A stretch of 64,000 nt of DNA from an uncultured bacterium. Its GTDB lineage: Bacteria > Hydrothermota > UBA3073 > NMUJ01 > CBEVQO01. A program made the translations under genes and the position numbers. The stretch covers positions 64,001-128,000 of the forward strand of contig CBEVQO010000001.1 in assembly GCA_965552055.1 (NCBI GenBank). The letters are read 5' to 3'. Below the pieces are notes generated by a model. The model was not told where the DNA came from. It saw only the letters and a list, made by a program, of their open reading frames with translations, and searched no databases. Below are positions 40,299 through 49,093 of this stretch, one piece after another (position 1 is the stretch's first letter; every line of letters begins with the position of its first letter).

Positions 40299-41635
40299 TA
40301 TCCCGTTAAAATTTCTTCTTCAGGATATTCTATCCTTTTCGGTATCTCACGGGTTATAAATGCACTGCCAAAAGTGAGCGTACCTATTCTTCCTATCAGC
40401 ATCGTCATAATTATTACGATTTTCGAAGGAGTAGAAAATTGCTGTGCCAAACTGCAAGCAGGATTAAGGTCAGAACCCGTTGACAGCCCAACAGTGCCAA
40501 ATGCCGAAAATTCCTCAAACATAAGCCTTATAAATTTTACATCCTTTTCGAACATTGTCAAGAACAAAGTACCTATAGCAATTATTATGACACTTGAGAA
40601 AAAGATACTTATAGCCCTCTGAATGTCTGCTTCTCTAATTCTTCTTTTAAAAATTGTAAAAGATTCTCCTCCTTTTATGTATCGCCAGAATTCCAGTAGC
40701 AATATTCCAAAAGTCGTTGTTTTGATTCCACCGCCTGTGCCACCGGGAGATGCACCGACAAACATCAGCATTATGGTGAATAATAAAGTAAAATGCGTAA
40801 ATTCACCAACAGGAAGAACATTGAAACCAGCTGTGCGCGGAGTAACCGCATGAAAAAAAGAACAAAGTAATTTCTTCGAAAAAGGCAAATCTTTCAGTGT
40901 ATTATTCCATTCAGAAGCAAGAATAATCAATGTGCCCGCCACTATCAAAATAAGGGTAAGTAAAAATACAAATTTTGAATGAAGTAAAAATTCTCTTTTC
41001 TTTTTAGTAAGTTTAGACCATATATCATGAAGAACGATAAATCCCAGACCTCCGATTATAAACAGGATGGCAATTGTCAAAATCATAACATTGTCTTTTA
41101 TAAAATGTTGAAAACTATCCGGGAAAAATGAAAATCCAGCATTGCAAAATGCACTAACAGAATGAAATAAGCCATAAAAAAGAGAGCGGGATAAAGAATA
41201 ACCTGCTAATCTAAATCGCCAGGATAACAAAGCAAATCCTATTATTTCAAAAAAGAAAGTGAAAAGAATAACTCTCAAAACAAAATCTCTAAAATTAAGT
41301 CCGATATAATCCAAATCTTCTCGCAAAATGGCTGTTTGTGCAAGTGATAATCTTTTTCGTGCCAGAATCAGCAAAAAACTTGCTACGGTCATATAGCCGA
41401 GCCCACCTATCTGTATCAAAAGTAAAATTACTATTTTGCCAAATGGAGTGAAATCCGCACCAGTATTTTTCACAATCAAACCCGTAACACAAACGGCTGA
41501 TGTTGCGGTAAAAAGAGCATCAACAAAATTTATCGAGGTATGCGTGGAAAAAGGAAGTAAAAGTAAAAATGTCCCAAATAAAATCAGAGAAAGATAACCT
41601 ATTAAAATTAACCTTGGGGGATTTAATCTTCCCAC
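40298..41635 (-). CDS. ktrB: Ktr/Trk K+ uptake membrane subunit
   Basis: Four pore loops (SAVCVTGL, SAFCNAGF, PRTAGF, SAFGTVGL); GTGGGIK. Confidence 0.9.
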   Translation of the reverse strand: MGRLNPPRLILIGYLSLILFGTFLLLLPFSTHTSINFVDALFTATSAVCVTGLIVKNTGADFTPFGKIVILLLIQIGGLGYMTVASFLLILARKRLSLAQTAILREDLDYIGLNFRDFVLRVILFTFFFEIIGFALLSWRFRLAGYSLSRSLFYGLFHSVSAFCNAGFSFFPDSFQHFIKDNVMILTIAILFIIGGLGFIVLHDIWSKLTKKKREFLLHSKFVFLLTLILIVAGTLIILASEWNNTLKDLPFSKKLLCSFFHAVTPRTAGFNVLPVGEFTHFTLLFTIMLMFVGASPGGTGGGIKTTTFGILLLEFWRYIKGGESFTIFKRRIREADIQRAISIFFSSVIIIAIGTLFLTMFEKDVKFIRLMFEEFSAFGTVGLSTGSDLNPACSLAQQFSTPSKIVIIMTMLIGRIGTLTFGSAFITREIPKRIEYPEEEILTG

Positions 41636-42882
41636 TCGTAAACCTTCCCTTTATAAATGGTATATAAAACTTTGCCTTTTAATTCCTTTCCAAGTAAAGG
41701 ACTATTTCTTGATTTTGAATATGTTTTCTTATAAATCCATCTTTTTTCTGGGTCAATTACGGTAATATCTGCATCTCCACCCTCTTCGATTACCCCCTCT
41801 TTCAATTTCAATATTTTTCTGGGATTTTTTGTTAGTTTTTCAATTGCTTCTACCCATGTCAATATGCCTGTATCTATCAACTCCTGAATTATGAGTGGTA
41901 TTGCTGTTTCGAGTCCTATCATTCCGAATGGTGCTTCTGGAAATTCTAATTCTTTTTCAAAATCCGCATGAGGTGCATGGTCTGTCGCTATCACATCTAT
42001 TATCCCTTCTTTTAACGCTTTTTTAAGTGCTTCTTTATCTTCTTTTGTGCGTAAAGGTGGATTTACCTTATAGTTTGTATCAAAATCTTTTAAATCTTCT
42101 TCTGTAAATGTGAAATGATGTGGGGTAACTTCTGCCGTTACCTTTATCCCCTTTTCTTTTGCTCTTTTTATAATTTCGCATGATTCTTTTGTCGATACAT
42201 GTGCGATGTGAATTTTTGCCCCCGTGTATTCTGCAAGTGCAATATCCCTTGCAACCATTATACTCTCTGCAATTCGGGGGATGCCACGCAAACCAAGTAT
42301 CAATGACATATCTCCTTCGTTCATATCACCGCCTTCTGATAAATTTTTATCCTCAGCGTGTGAAATCACGGGAATATCAAACATTTTCGAATATTCAAGG
42401 GCTCTCCTCATAATCTCAGAGTTCATAACACTATTTCCATCGTCAGATATTGCACAACAACCACCTTTTACAAGGTCACCTATCTCTGCGAGCTCCTCGC
42501 CTTTTAAGCCCTTCGTAATAGCACCAACAGGGTAAACCGTACAGTTTTTATCAGCCTCAAATATAAATTTCACAATCCCGATGTTATCGATGGGCGGAGA
42601 TGTATTTGGCATACAACAAACGCATGTAAAACCACCATGTAAAGCACAAAGAGTGCCTGTATAAAGCGTTTCTTCATCTTCCCTGCCGGGTTCTCGCAAA
42701 TGCACATGCATATCAATAAGACCGGGGGTAACAATTTTGCCCTCAGCATCGATAATTTTATCGGCATTTTCAGATATATTCCCTATCTTTTTAATCTTTC
42801 CATCTTCTATCAAAATATCAAAAATTTCATCAATCCCTTTTTCTGGTTCTATCAATCTTCCTCTTTTTATAAGGATTTTCAT
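41623..42882 (-). CDS. pyrC: Dihydroorotase
   Basis: DMHVHLREPG, MPNT, KVNPPLR, IATDHAPH. Confidence 0.95.
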   Translation of the reverse strand: MKILIKRGRLIEPEKGIDEIFDILIEDGKIKKIGNISENADKIIDAEGKIVTPGLIDMHVHLREPGREDEETLYTGTLCALHGGFTCVCCMPNTSPPIDNIGIVKFIFEADKNCTVYPVGAITKGLKGEELAEIGDLVKGGCCAISDDGNSVMNSEIMRRALEYSKMFDIPVISHAEDKNLSEGGDMNEGDMSLILGLRGIPRIAESIMVARDIALAEYTGAKIHIAHVSTKESCEIIKRAKEKGIKVTAEVTPHHFTFTEEDLKDFDTNYKVNPPLRTKEDKEALKKALKEGIIDVIATDHAPHADFEKELEFPEAPFGMIGLETAIPLIIQELIDTGILTWVEAIEKLTKNPRKILKLKEGVIEEGGDADITVIDPEKRWIYKKTYSKSRNSPLLGKELKGKVLYTIYKGKVYEWED

Positions 42883-43607
42883 CTACTTTTTATAAAATGG
42901 TAGATTTCGTTCAAACCTATCAATGTGAGCCATGGACTATAGGGTATTTTTAATTCCGGTGCAAAGAATTTTCCTTCACCTCCTGTCATTATGAACTTAA
43001 GGTTTTCACCTACTTCCTTTTTTATCATCTGAAGTAAACCCTCCAATCTCTTTATCTCGCCCCAGAACATGCCTGACATCATGCATTCACGGGTTGACCT
43101 ACCTAAAAGCGAGACCCTCTGCAAACTTACCATCGGGAGCAAAGAAGTATTATTCACAAGTGCTTTGAAACCCGTTCTCACACCCGGTAAAATAATGCCA
43201 CCGATGTGTTCCTTTTTGTCATTTATGACATCGATAGTTGTAGCCGTTCCCATATCAATCACACAAACAGGCACTCCTGCTTCCGAGACAGCACCAACCA
43301 TAGCTGCTATCCTGTCGGGTCCAAGCTGCGATACAGCTCTGTATCCGGGTTTTATTGGTAACTTTGTGGTAGGCGATAAAAATATCGGACTTATATTATG
43401 CAATTTTTTAATTGCTATTTCAAAATCTTTATTTTTATCGGGGACAACAGAAGATATTATCGCACCATCTACATGTCTGTAAAATTTCAAAACATATTCC
43501 GGACGAATTGCAGATGTTTGACCGCTTTCAACTTTTATCATTTTTTTATTATCAAAATATCCTATTGATGTAGTCGTATTCCCGATATCTACAGTAAGTA
43601 CCATCAT
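42879..43607 (-). CDS. coaX: Type III pantothenate kinase
   Basis: DIGNT, SSVVP, LGPDR, DMGTATT, GGIILPG, TGG. Confidence 0.93.
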   Translation of the reverse strand: MMVLTVDIGNTTTSIGYFDNKKMIKVESGQTSAIRPEYVLKFYRHVDGAIISSVVPDKNKDFEIAIKKLHNISPIFLSPTTKLPIKPGYRAVSQLGPDRIAAMVGAVSEAGVPVCVIDMGTATTIDVINDKKEHIGGIILPGVRTGFKALVNNTSLLPMVSLQRVSLLGRSTRECMMSGMFWGEIKRLEGLLQMIKKEVGENLKFIMTGGEGKFFAPELKIPYSPWLTLIGLNEIYHFIKSR

Positions 43608-44647
43608 ATCCTTTCTCTCACCAGCTTTGCCCTTTCATAATCTTCTTCATCTTTTTCAAGTGTTTTACCGCATTTTTTCATCAGATGTGCTGGCATAGCT
43701 TCAATTAACAATTTATTAATCGTCAAAAGGTCAACATTTTTAATTATTTGCATCCCAATTCCTGTTCTTATTGCTGATGCGTAATTTACGAAATCGCGAA
43801 GATTCAGTAATCTCGCGAATTTCATTATTCCATAAGCACGCCACACAGTATTTTCAAGTTCAAGACCAGCTTCATCATACAATCTGCTACGAGCATTTTT
43901 CTCTTTTTCAACTATCTCTTTAACTTTTTGATATAAATTGCGAATAATTTCCTCTTCACTTACACCAAGTGTTATTTGATTTGATACCTGTAGAAAATTT
44001 CCATAAGCTTTTGTTCCTTCACCGAAAAATCCTCTTACAGCGAAACCTTCTTTTCGAAGTTTATCCATCAAGCTATGTAATTTGCCAGTTTGATTCAAGG
44101 CAGGTAAATGAAGCAAAACAGAAGCCCTTAATCCTGTGCCAACATTCGTAAGACACGAAGTAAGATATCCCCATCTCTTCGAGAATGCATATTTTACCCT
44201 TTCACCTATTTTATCATCTATTTTATTTGCTATATCGAATGCCCTGTGCAATTCAAATCCTCCTGATATCACCTGTATGCGTAAATGGTCTTCTTCATTT
44301 ATCATTATGCTGATAGTTTCATCCGCAGATATTGCTACACCTGAAAATTTTTTTATCCTCAAAAACTCTTTACTAACAAGCCGACGCTCAAACAACAATT
44401 CTTTATCGAGTAATGTTAAATCTTCTGCACTTAAAATCAATCCATTATCAAAAATTTTCGTCTCTTTTAAAACTTCTTTTATCAATCTGAATACATCTTT
44501 TCTTTCTGCATCCGTTGCCCTTCCTGGGAACGGGAATAACGCAACATTACGGGCGAGACGCACACGGGTGGATAGCACTATATCCTCTGCACCATCACGC
44601 GGATAAATCCAGTCGGGATCGCGTTTCAACAAATCAAGCAACTTCAT
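43604..44647 (-). CDS. mcsB: Protein arginine kinase
   Basis: STRVRLARN, INEEDHLRIQ, SCLTNVGTGLRAS, QVSNQITLG. Confidence 0.93.
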   Translation of the reverse strand: MKLLDLLKRDPDWIYPRDGAEDIVLSTRVRLARNVALFPFPGRATDAERKDVFRLIKEVLKETKIFDNGLILSAEDLTLLDKELLFERRLVSKEFLRIKKFSGVAISADETISIMINEEDHLRIQVISGGFELHRAFDIANKIDDKIGERVKYAFSKRWGYLTSCLTNVGTGLRASVLLHLPALNQTGKLHSLMDKLRKEGFAVRGFFGEGTKAYGNFLQVSNQITLGVSEEEIIRNLYQKVKEIVEKEKNARSRLYDEAGLELENTVWRAYGIMKFARLLNLRDFVNYASAIRTGIGMQIIKNVDLLTINKLLIEAMPAHLMKKCGKTLEKDEEDYERAKLVRERI

Positions 44648-45116
44648 TTCCCATCTCCTTTATTAATCTATTTATCTTATCCCGTATTCTTGCAGCTTCT
44701 TCGTATTTCTCTTCCTTTATACATTGTTCGAGTTTTTTCCTCAACTCAGCTACCTCTTTTTCCTTTTTGCTCTCAATTGCACCAAGATAAGGCACTTTAC
44801 CTTTATGTATCGTATCCCTTTGCAATTTACTTGTAAGTTCTTCCACTACTTTCTCAAATGTAGAGTAACATTCTGGGCAACCGAACTGTAATTTTTCCTT
44901 AAATTCTTCAAAAGTCAGCCCGCATCTCTCACATCTTTCTGCTTCTATTTTCTGCATAGGCAAAGCCCAGAAAGGCAATGCTTTCTCGGGGTAATCAACA
45001 TCTATGCCCCTCGCCTTGGCACATTCATAACAAATATGCAACTCTACTTTCTTGCCTTCTTTCACCACAGTATACACTATTTTTGCTTCCCTTTTATGAC
45101 AGAAATCACACAGCAT
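44634..45116 (-). CDS. mcsA: McsB activator (4x CxxC + UVR domain)
   Basis: CDFC, CYEC, CERC, CPEC; EKYEEAARIRD UVR motif; adjacent to mcsB. Confidence 0.9.
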   Translation of the reverse strand: MLCDFCHKREAKIVYTVVKEGKKVELHICYECAKARGIDVDYPEKALPFWALPMQKIEAERCERCGLTFEEFKEKLQFGCPECYSTFEKVVEELTSKLQRDTIHKGKVPYLGAIESKKEKEVAELRKKLEQCIKEEKYEEAARIRDKINRLIKEMGNEVA

Positions 45117-45780
45117 AAAACTTACCTCCTATTAATTTTATAATACGATTTCCTATTTTGGCAAGCTTTTCTTTATGTGTCGCTATCAAAAAAGTTATTC
45201 CCTTTTCTTTGTTTAATCTTAAAATCAGCTTATGAATCTCTTCCGCTGTTGTTTCATCCAGGTTTCCTGTGGGCTCATCCATCATAACGATTACCGGTGA
45301 ATTTATGAGTGCCCGTGCAATGGCAACCCGTTGTTGCTCACCACCCGATAATTCCTGCGGAAAACGCATAGATTTATCTTTTAAACCTACTTCCTCCAAA
45401 ATTTTTTCCCCTTTATCCAATGAATTTTTGTCCCCCTTTATAAGTGCAGGCAGAATAACATTCTCAAGCACCGTGAGCTCTGGAATCAATTGAAAAAATT
45501 GAAAAACAAAACCTATCTTTTCATTCCTTATCCTCGCTATCCTTTTATCGTCATACGAAAATATATCTTCACCATCGAGAAAAACTTTGCCCTGACTCGG
45601 CTTATCAAGTCCTCCACAAATATTTAAAAAAGTAGTTTTACCAACTCCTGAAGGTCCCATAATGCTTACAATTTCGCCTTTTCGAACTTCTAAATTAATT
45701 CCCTTCAAAACATAAACTTCTTCTGCTTTTGTCTTATAAATCTTATGCAAATTCACAACTTTTAAAACAATTTCATTCAT
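45106..45780 (-). CDS. lolD: Lipoprotein-release ABC transporter ATPase
   Basis: GPSGVGKT, LSGGEQQRVAIARAL, DEPTGNLD, ATH; follows a LolC/E-like gene. Confidence 0.85.
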   Translation of the reverse strand: MNEIVLKVVNLHKIYKTKAEEVYVLKGINLEVRKGEIVSIMGPSGVGKTTFLNICGGLDKPSQGKVFLDGEDIFSYDDKRIARIRNEKIGFVFQFFQLIPELTVLENVILPALIKGDKNSLDKGEKILEEVGLKDKSMRFPQELSGGEQQRVAIARALINSPVIVMMDEPTGNLDETTAEEIHKLILRLNKEKGITFLIATHKEKLAKIGNRIIKLIGGKFYAV

Positions 45781-46921
45781 ATCTTAAAACTTCTGCGGGC
45801 ATCAATTCTGCTGCCTTTTTCGCAGGATAAACCGCACTAATCAAAACAAGTATAAGAGCTATTCCACATACAAGTAAAAAATCCTGCCACCTCATTTTTA
45901 CAGGAAGAGTCATCACATTATAAATCTCAGCCGGCAATTTTACAAAATGATATTTCTTAAGCAAAACACAAAGAACATATCCAAGTGCAGTGCCACATAC
46001 TATACCCTTCAAACCAATCAAAAGTCCTCTCAATGTAAAAAGTTTTAAGATTGATTTATTGGTAGCACCCAGTGCTTTTAGCACTCCTATCTCACGGGAC
46101 TTACGCGTTACAAGCATCAACATAGACGCAGATATCGCAAAACAAGCAACCACTATTATCAATGTGAGCAAAATGAATAAAGTCGTCTTCTCGAGCTTTA
46201 AAGCAGAAAAAAGTGTCGAATTCACTTCTGTCCAGCTCACAGCCCTAAAAGGATAAGGCAATACATCATTTAAAATATCCCTAACTTTATCTGCATCGTA
46301 AGGATTTTCGAGTTTCATCTCTATGCCTGTTACTTTATTTTTCAGACCGAAAAATTTCTGCGCATCTCTTAATGACATAAAGGTAAGTGAGACATTATAA
46401 TCATAAAGTCCTGTGTCAAAAATTTTATCTACTTTGTATTTTCTCGTTTTAAGTAAAAGTCGTGATTTTTTAGAAAGTGGAAAACCAAAAAGTTTAACGG
46501 TATCACCTGCTATTACTTTTAAGACATCGGATAGGGATTTTCCCAATGCCAAGCCCTGTAAAGTATCTGTTGGATATGCTTTTATCATAACACCTTCCTG
46601 TGCGTAATCACTTTTTATCACTCCTTTCGTGAAAATATAAGGATAAATGTTTTTTATGCCTTTTATATTCTTTTTGACGATTTTGATTATTGAATCTGGA
46701 TTTTCAAAAGGTTCGTTGAAAAATTTTGTGATAATCACATCTGGATTCCATTTCAATATTTTTTCTTTTATTTCGTAGTGGAAACCGTTTACAACGGACA
46801 GCACAACTATAAGGCATGCCACACCCAGAGCTACACCGACGGCTGTTATAATGTTTGAGAGACGACGGAAACCACCTGGTAATCTGCCATCACGACGAAC
46901 GATAAACCACTCAAATCCCAC
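45773..46921 (-). CDS. Lipoprotein-release ABC transporter permease (LolC/E)
   Basis: GVALGVACLIVVLSVVNGF, REIGVLKALGA, YPAKKAA. Confidence 0.85.
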   Translation of the reverse strand: MGFEWFIVRRDGRLPGGFRRLSNIITAVGVALGVACLIVVLSVVNGFHYEIKEKILKWNPDVIITKFFNEPFENPDSIIKIVKKNIKGIKNIYPYIFTKGVIKSDYAQEGVMIKAYPTDTLQGLALGKSLSDVLKVIAGDTVKLFGFPLSKKSRLLLKTRKYKVDKIFDTGLYDYNVSLTFMSLRDAQKFFGLKNKVTGIEMKLENPYDADKVRDILNDVLPYPFRAVSWTEVNSTLFSALKLEKTTLFILLTLIIVVACFAISASMLMLVTRKSREIGVLKALGATNKSILKLFTLRGLLIGLKGIVCGTALGYVLCVLLKKYHFVKLPAEIYNVMTLPVKMRWQDFLLVCGIALILVLISAVYPAKKAAELMPAEVLRYE

Positions 46922-46926
46922 CCACT

Positions 46927-46953
46927 ATTTTACATATTTTTTTAATTTGTCAA
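46927..46953 (-). promoter_or_regulatory. Leaderless promoter TTGACA-N15-TAAAAT-N5-GTG
   Basis: -35 at 46948-46953 (contains the upstream gene's TGA), -10 at 46927-46932, GTG at 46921. Confidence 0.78.
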
Positions 46954-47285
46954 GGATTTTTGAGATGCTCCGCAAAGAGTAAATCACGCAATGTAGTATC
47001 TTCGAGGATTTCTTTTACCCTTCTTTCAATCCTCTTTTTATGATAATCATAATCACAAACTTCTTTAAAATCACATTCTACATCTTTTTCTTCATTTTTT
47101 TCTACTATCTCATAAATTTCCCTTAATTTTATTTTTTCTGGTGGTAGAGCAAGTTTCCATCCATCTTTTGTTCTCGCAACTATACCTTCGCTTTGAAGTT
47201 TTTTCAAAAAATCTTTATATTTATCAGAATCTATGCTCTGACCTTTTGCAATTCTAATCAGCAACAATATTATTTCATCTATCAC
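46950..47285 (-). CDS. Rrf2-like winged-helix regulator (short)
   Basis: LKKLQSEGIV..TKDGWKLALPPEKIKLREIYEIVE and LEDTTLRDL. Start reassigned to GTG 47285 from the promoter position. Confidence 0.65.
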   Translation of the reverse strand: MIDEIILLLIRIAKGQSIDSDKYKDFLKKLQSEGIVARTKDGWKLALPPEKIKLREIYEIVEKNEEKDVECDFKEVCDYDYHKKRIERRVKEILEDTTLRDLLFAEHLKNP

Positions 47286-47290
47286 CCAAT

Positions 47291-47317
47291 ATTTTAATCG
47301 CCTCAAAATTGTGTCAA
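47291..47317 (-). promoter_or_regulatory. Leaderless promoter TTGACA-N15-TAAAAT-N5-GTG
   Basis: -35 at 47312-47317, -10 at 47291-47296, GTG at 47285. Confidence 0.75.
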
Positions 47318-47331
47318 GGAGAAATTTTTAT

Positions 47332-47358
47332 TTGACAGCTCTCATTTCTGCTTATAAT
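47332..47358 (+). promoter_or_regulatory. Leaderless promoter TTGACA-N15-TATAAT-N5-ATG
   Basis: Both boxes perfect; ATG at 47364. Confidence 0.78.
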
Positions 47359-47363
47359 CAGTG

Positions 47364-47635
47364 ATGTGTAAAAGCGCTGAAGAAAAATTCCGGGAAGCAT
47401 TGACTCCTTCTGCTCACTCGACCTTCACCAAAATGGGCTTCAAAATAAAAAAGTTTATGCAAAGTTGGATACGGAATTCATAGCAGAATACAAAGGCGAA
47501 AAATACATAATAATAGGCAAGACAAGAGTATAAAAATGAGAAATCGATTTCTTTGCAGCAGTGCATTATGATAAAGACATTGCAGAAGAACTACAAAAAA
47601 TGGTATATAAAGATTTCAAACCAAAAGAATATTAA
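47364..47635 (+). pseudogene. Frameshifted remnant, possibly of a PD-(D/E)xK nuclease-like gene
   Basis: 39-codon ORF 47364-47483. The -1 frame reads KLDTEFIAEYKGEKYIIIGKTRV*K*EIDFFAAVHY...KEY* to 47635. Confidence 0.45.
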
Positions 47636-47674
47636 TTTCACATAATTCCATAAGTGAATTTTTTCATTTTATGC

Positions 47675-47701
47675 TTGACATTTTGTTGAAATCATTAGCT
47701 T
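47675..47701 (+). promoter_or_regulatory. Leaderless promoter TTGACA-N15-TAGCTT-N5-GTG
   Basis: -35 at 47675-47680, -10 at 47696-47701, GTG at 47707. Confidence 0.72.
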
Positions 47702-47706
47702 AATTT

Positions 47707-48339
47707 GTGATTACATTTAATTCTGTTACAAAGTCCTATGGTTTAAGGATAATTCTTTCCGATGTTAATTTATGTATAAAGCGAGGGGAATTTGCTCTTA
47801 TATGTGGCGATACTGGCTCTGGCAAAACTACTTTTTTGAAATTAATTTACATGGAAGAAAAGCCAACAAAAGGAGTGGTTGAAGTAATGGGTATTTCTTC
47901 GAAACATCTTGATAAAAACAAATTAAAAGAGTTAAGAAGTAAGACCAGTTTTATAACACAAGATGATAATTTAATAGAAGATGTTAATGTTTATGAAAAT
48001 ATTTTTTTGCCTTTAGAAAGTATAGGTAAATTTTCAAAGGAAAAGGCTGTAAAGTTATTGACAAAATTTGGTATTTTAAATTTGCTCAGCGAGAAAGCTT
48101 CAAATTTATCTGCGGGTGAGCGTCGTATAATTCAAATAGTAAGAGAGCTGTTGAAAAGCCCGATTCTTATGCTTTGTGATGAACCTTTTGCTGTGATAGA
48201 TAAAAAGACAGAGAAAATTTTGCGCGAAATTTTAATACAAATGAATAAAACAGGAGTAACGATTGTAATGACTACATCAAAGGAAAATCCAGGTCTTCCA
48301 TGTAAAAGATATGAACTGAAAAATGGCAAAATTATTTAG
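47707..48339 (+). CDS. ftsE: FtsE-like ABC ATPase
   Basis: GDTGSGKTTFLKLIYMEEKPT, LSAGE, LCDEP; upstream of an FtsX-like gene. Confidence 0.7.
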   Translation: MITFNSVTKSYGLRIILSDVNLCIKRGEFALICGDTGSGKTTFLKLIYMEEKPTKGVVEVMGISSKHLDKNKLKELRSKTSFITQDDNLIEDVNVYENIFLPLESIGKFSKEKAVKLLTKFGILNLLSEKASNLSAGERRIIQIVRELLKSPILMLCDEPFAVIDKKTEKILREILIQMNKTGVTIVMTTSKENPGLPCKRYELKNGKII

Positions 48340-49093
48340 CATAATAGTGATAATAGAGATGAGTATTTTATCATTTTTCAATATTAAAAGAAATTTCGAA
48401 AAAAGATTTGAGAATGTAGAAATAAGGGCATTTTTAAAAAGAAATTGTGATAAAGAAGAGGTTCTAAAATATGTGCGTAATTTATCACATGTTGACTATG
48501 TGGAATATATGGAGAAAGATGAGATTCTAAGTGAATTCAGGAGATTGTTTCCTGACAAGGAAAAATATATAAAAGCACTTGAAGAAAATCCTTTCCCGCC
48601 TTCTCTTAAAATTTATTTAGAAAAAGAAAGCAACCCCGAGGTTATCAAAGAAGTATTAAGTAAATTGAAAGAAAAAGATTTTTTAAAAGATATCGTTTTT
48701 AATGTAGAGGAATATAACAGAATCTGGATGAATTCGAAGATATTCTTCTGGGGCTTTATAGTGTTTCTTTCTTTACTTTTCATTATAAAATCCTTTATGT
48801 TATGGGATGTTCTGCAAAGCAGGGTCAATGTTATAAAAAATAAATTAAAAGTCATAGAAAAATTTGGCGGGGATAGTGGTAAATTGAAGATGTGCTTTAT
48901 TTTAAAGAATTTGTCCGAATTTGCACTTTTACTTATAGCGGGCATTGGTGTTTGTTATTTTCTTTCGAAATATTTTCTTACCAAGTATTTTGAAATTTAC
49001 TTTTTGTTTTTACCTTCACTTTATTACGGGTTGAGTTTTTTCTTTCTTTGTTTTTTGTTTCTCGTGATTAGTTTACGGAGAAGGGGGGTGTGA
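48323..49093 (+). CDS. ftsX: FtsX-like permease (divergent)
   Basis: EIRAFL, EENPFPPSL periplasmic motif, C-terminal TMs. Confidence 0.65.
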   Translation: MAKLFSIIVIIEMSILSFFNIKRNFEKRFENVEIRAFLKRNCDKEEVLKYVRNLSHVDYVEYMEKDEILSEFRRLFPDKEKYIKALEENPFPPSLKIYLEKESNPEVIKEVLSKLKEKDFLKDIVFNVEEYNRIWMNSKIFFWGFIVFLSLLFIIKSFMLWDVLQSRVNVIKNKLKVIEKFGGDSGKLKMCFILKNLSEFALLLIAGIGVCYFLSKYFLTKYFEIYFLFLPSLYYGLSFFFLCFLFLVISLRRRGV

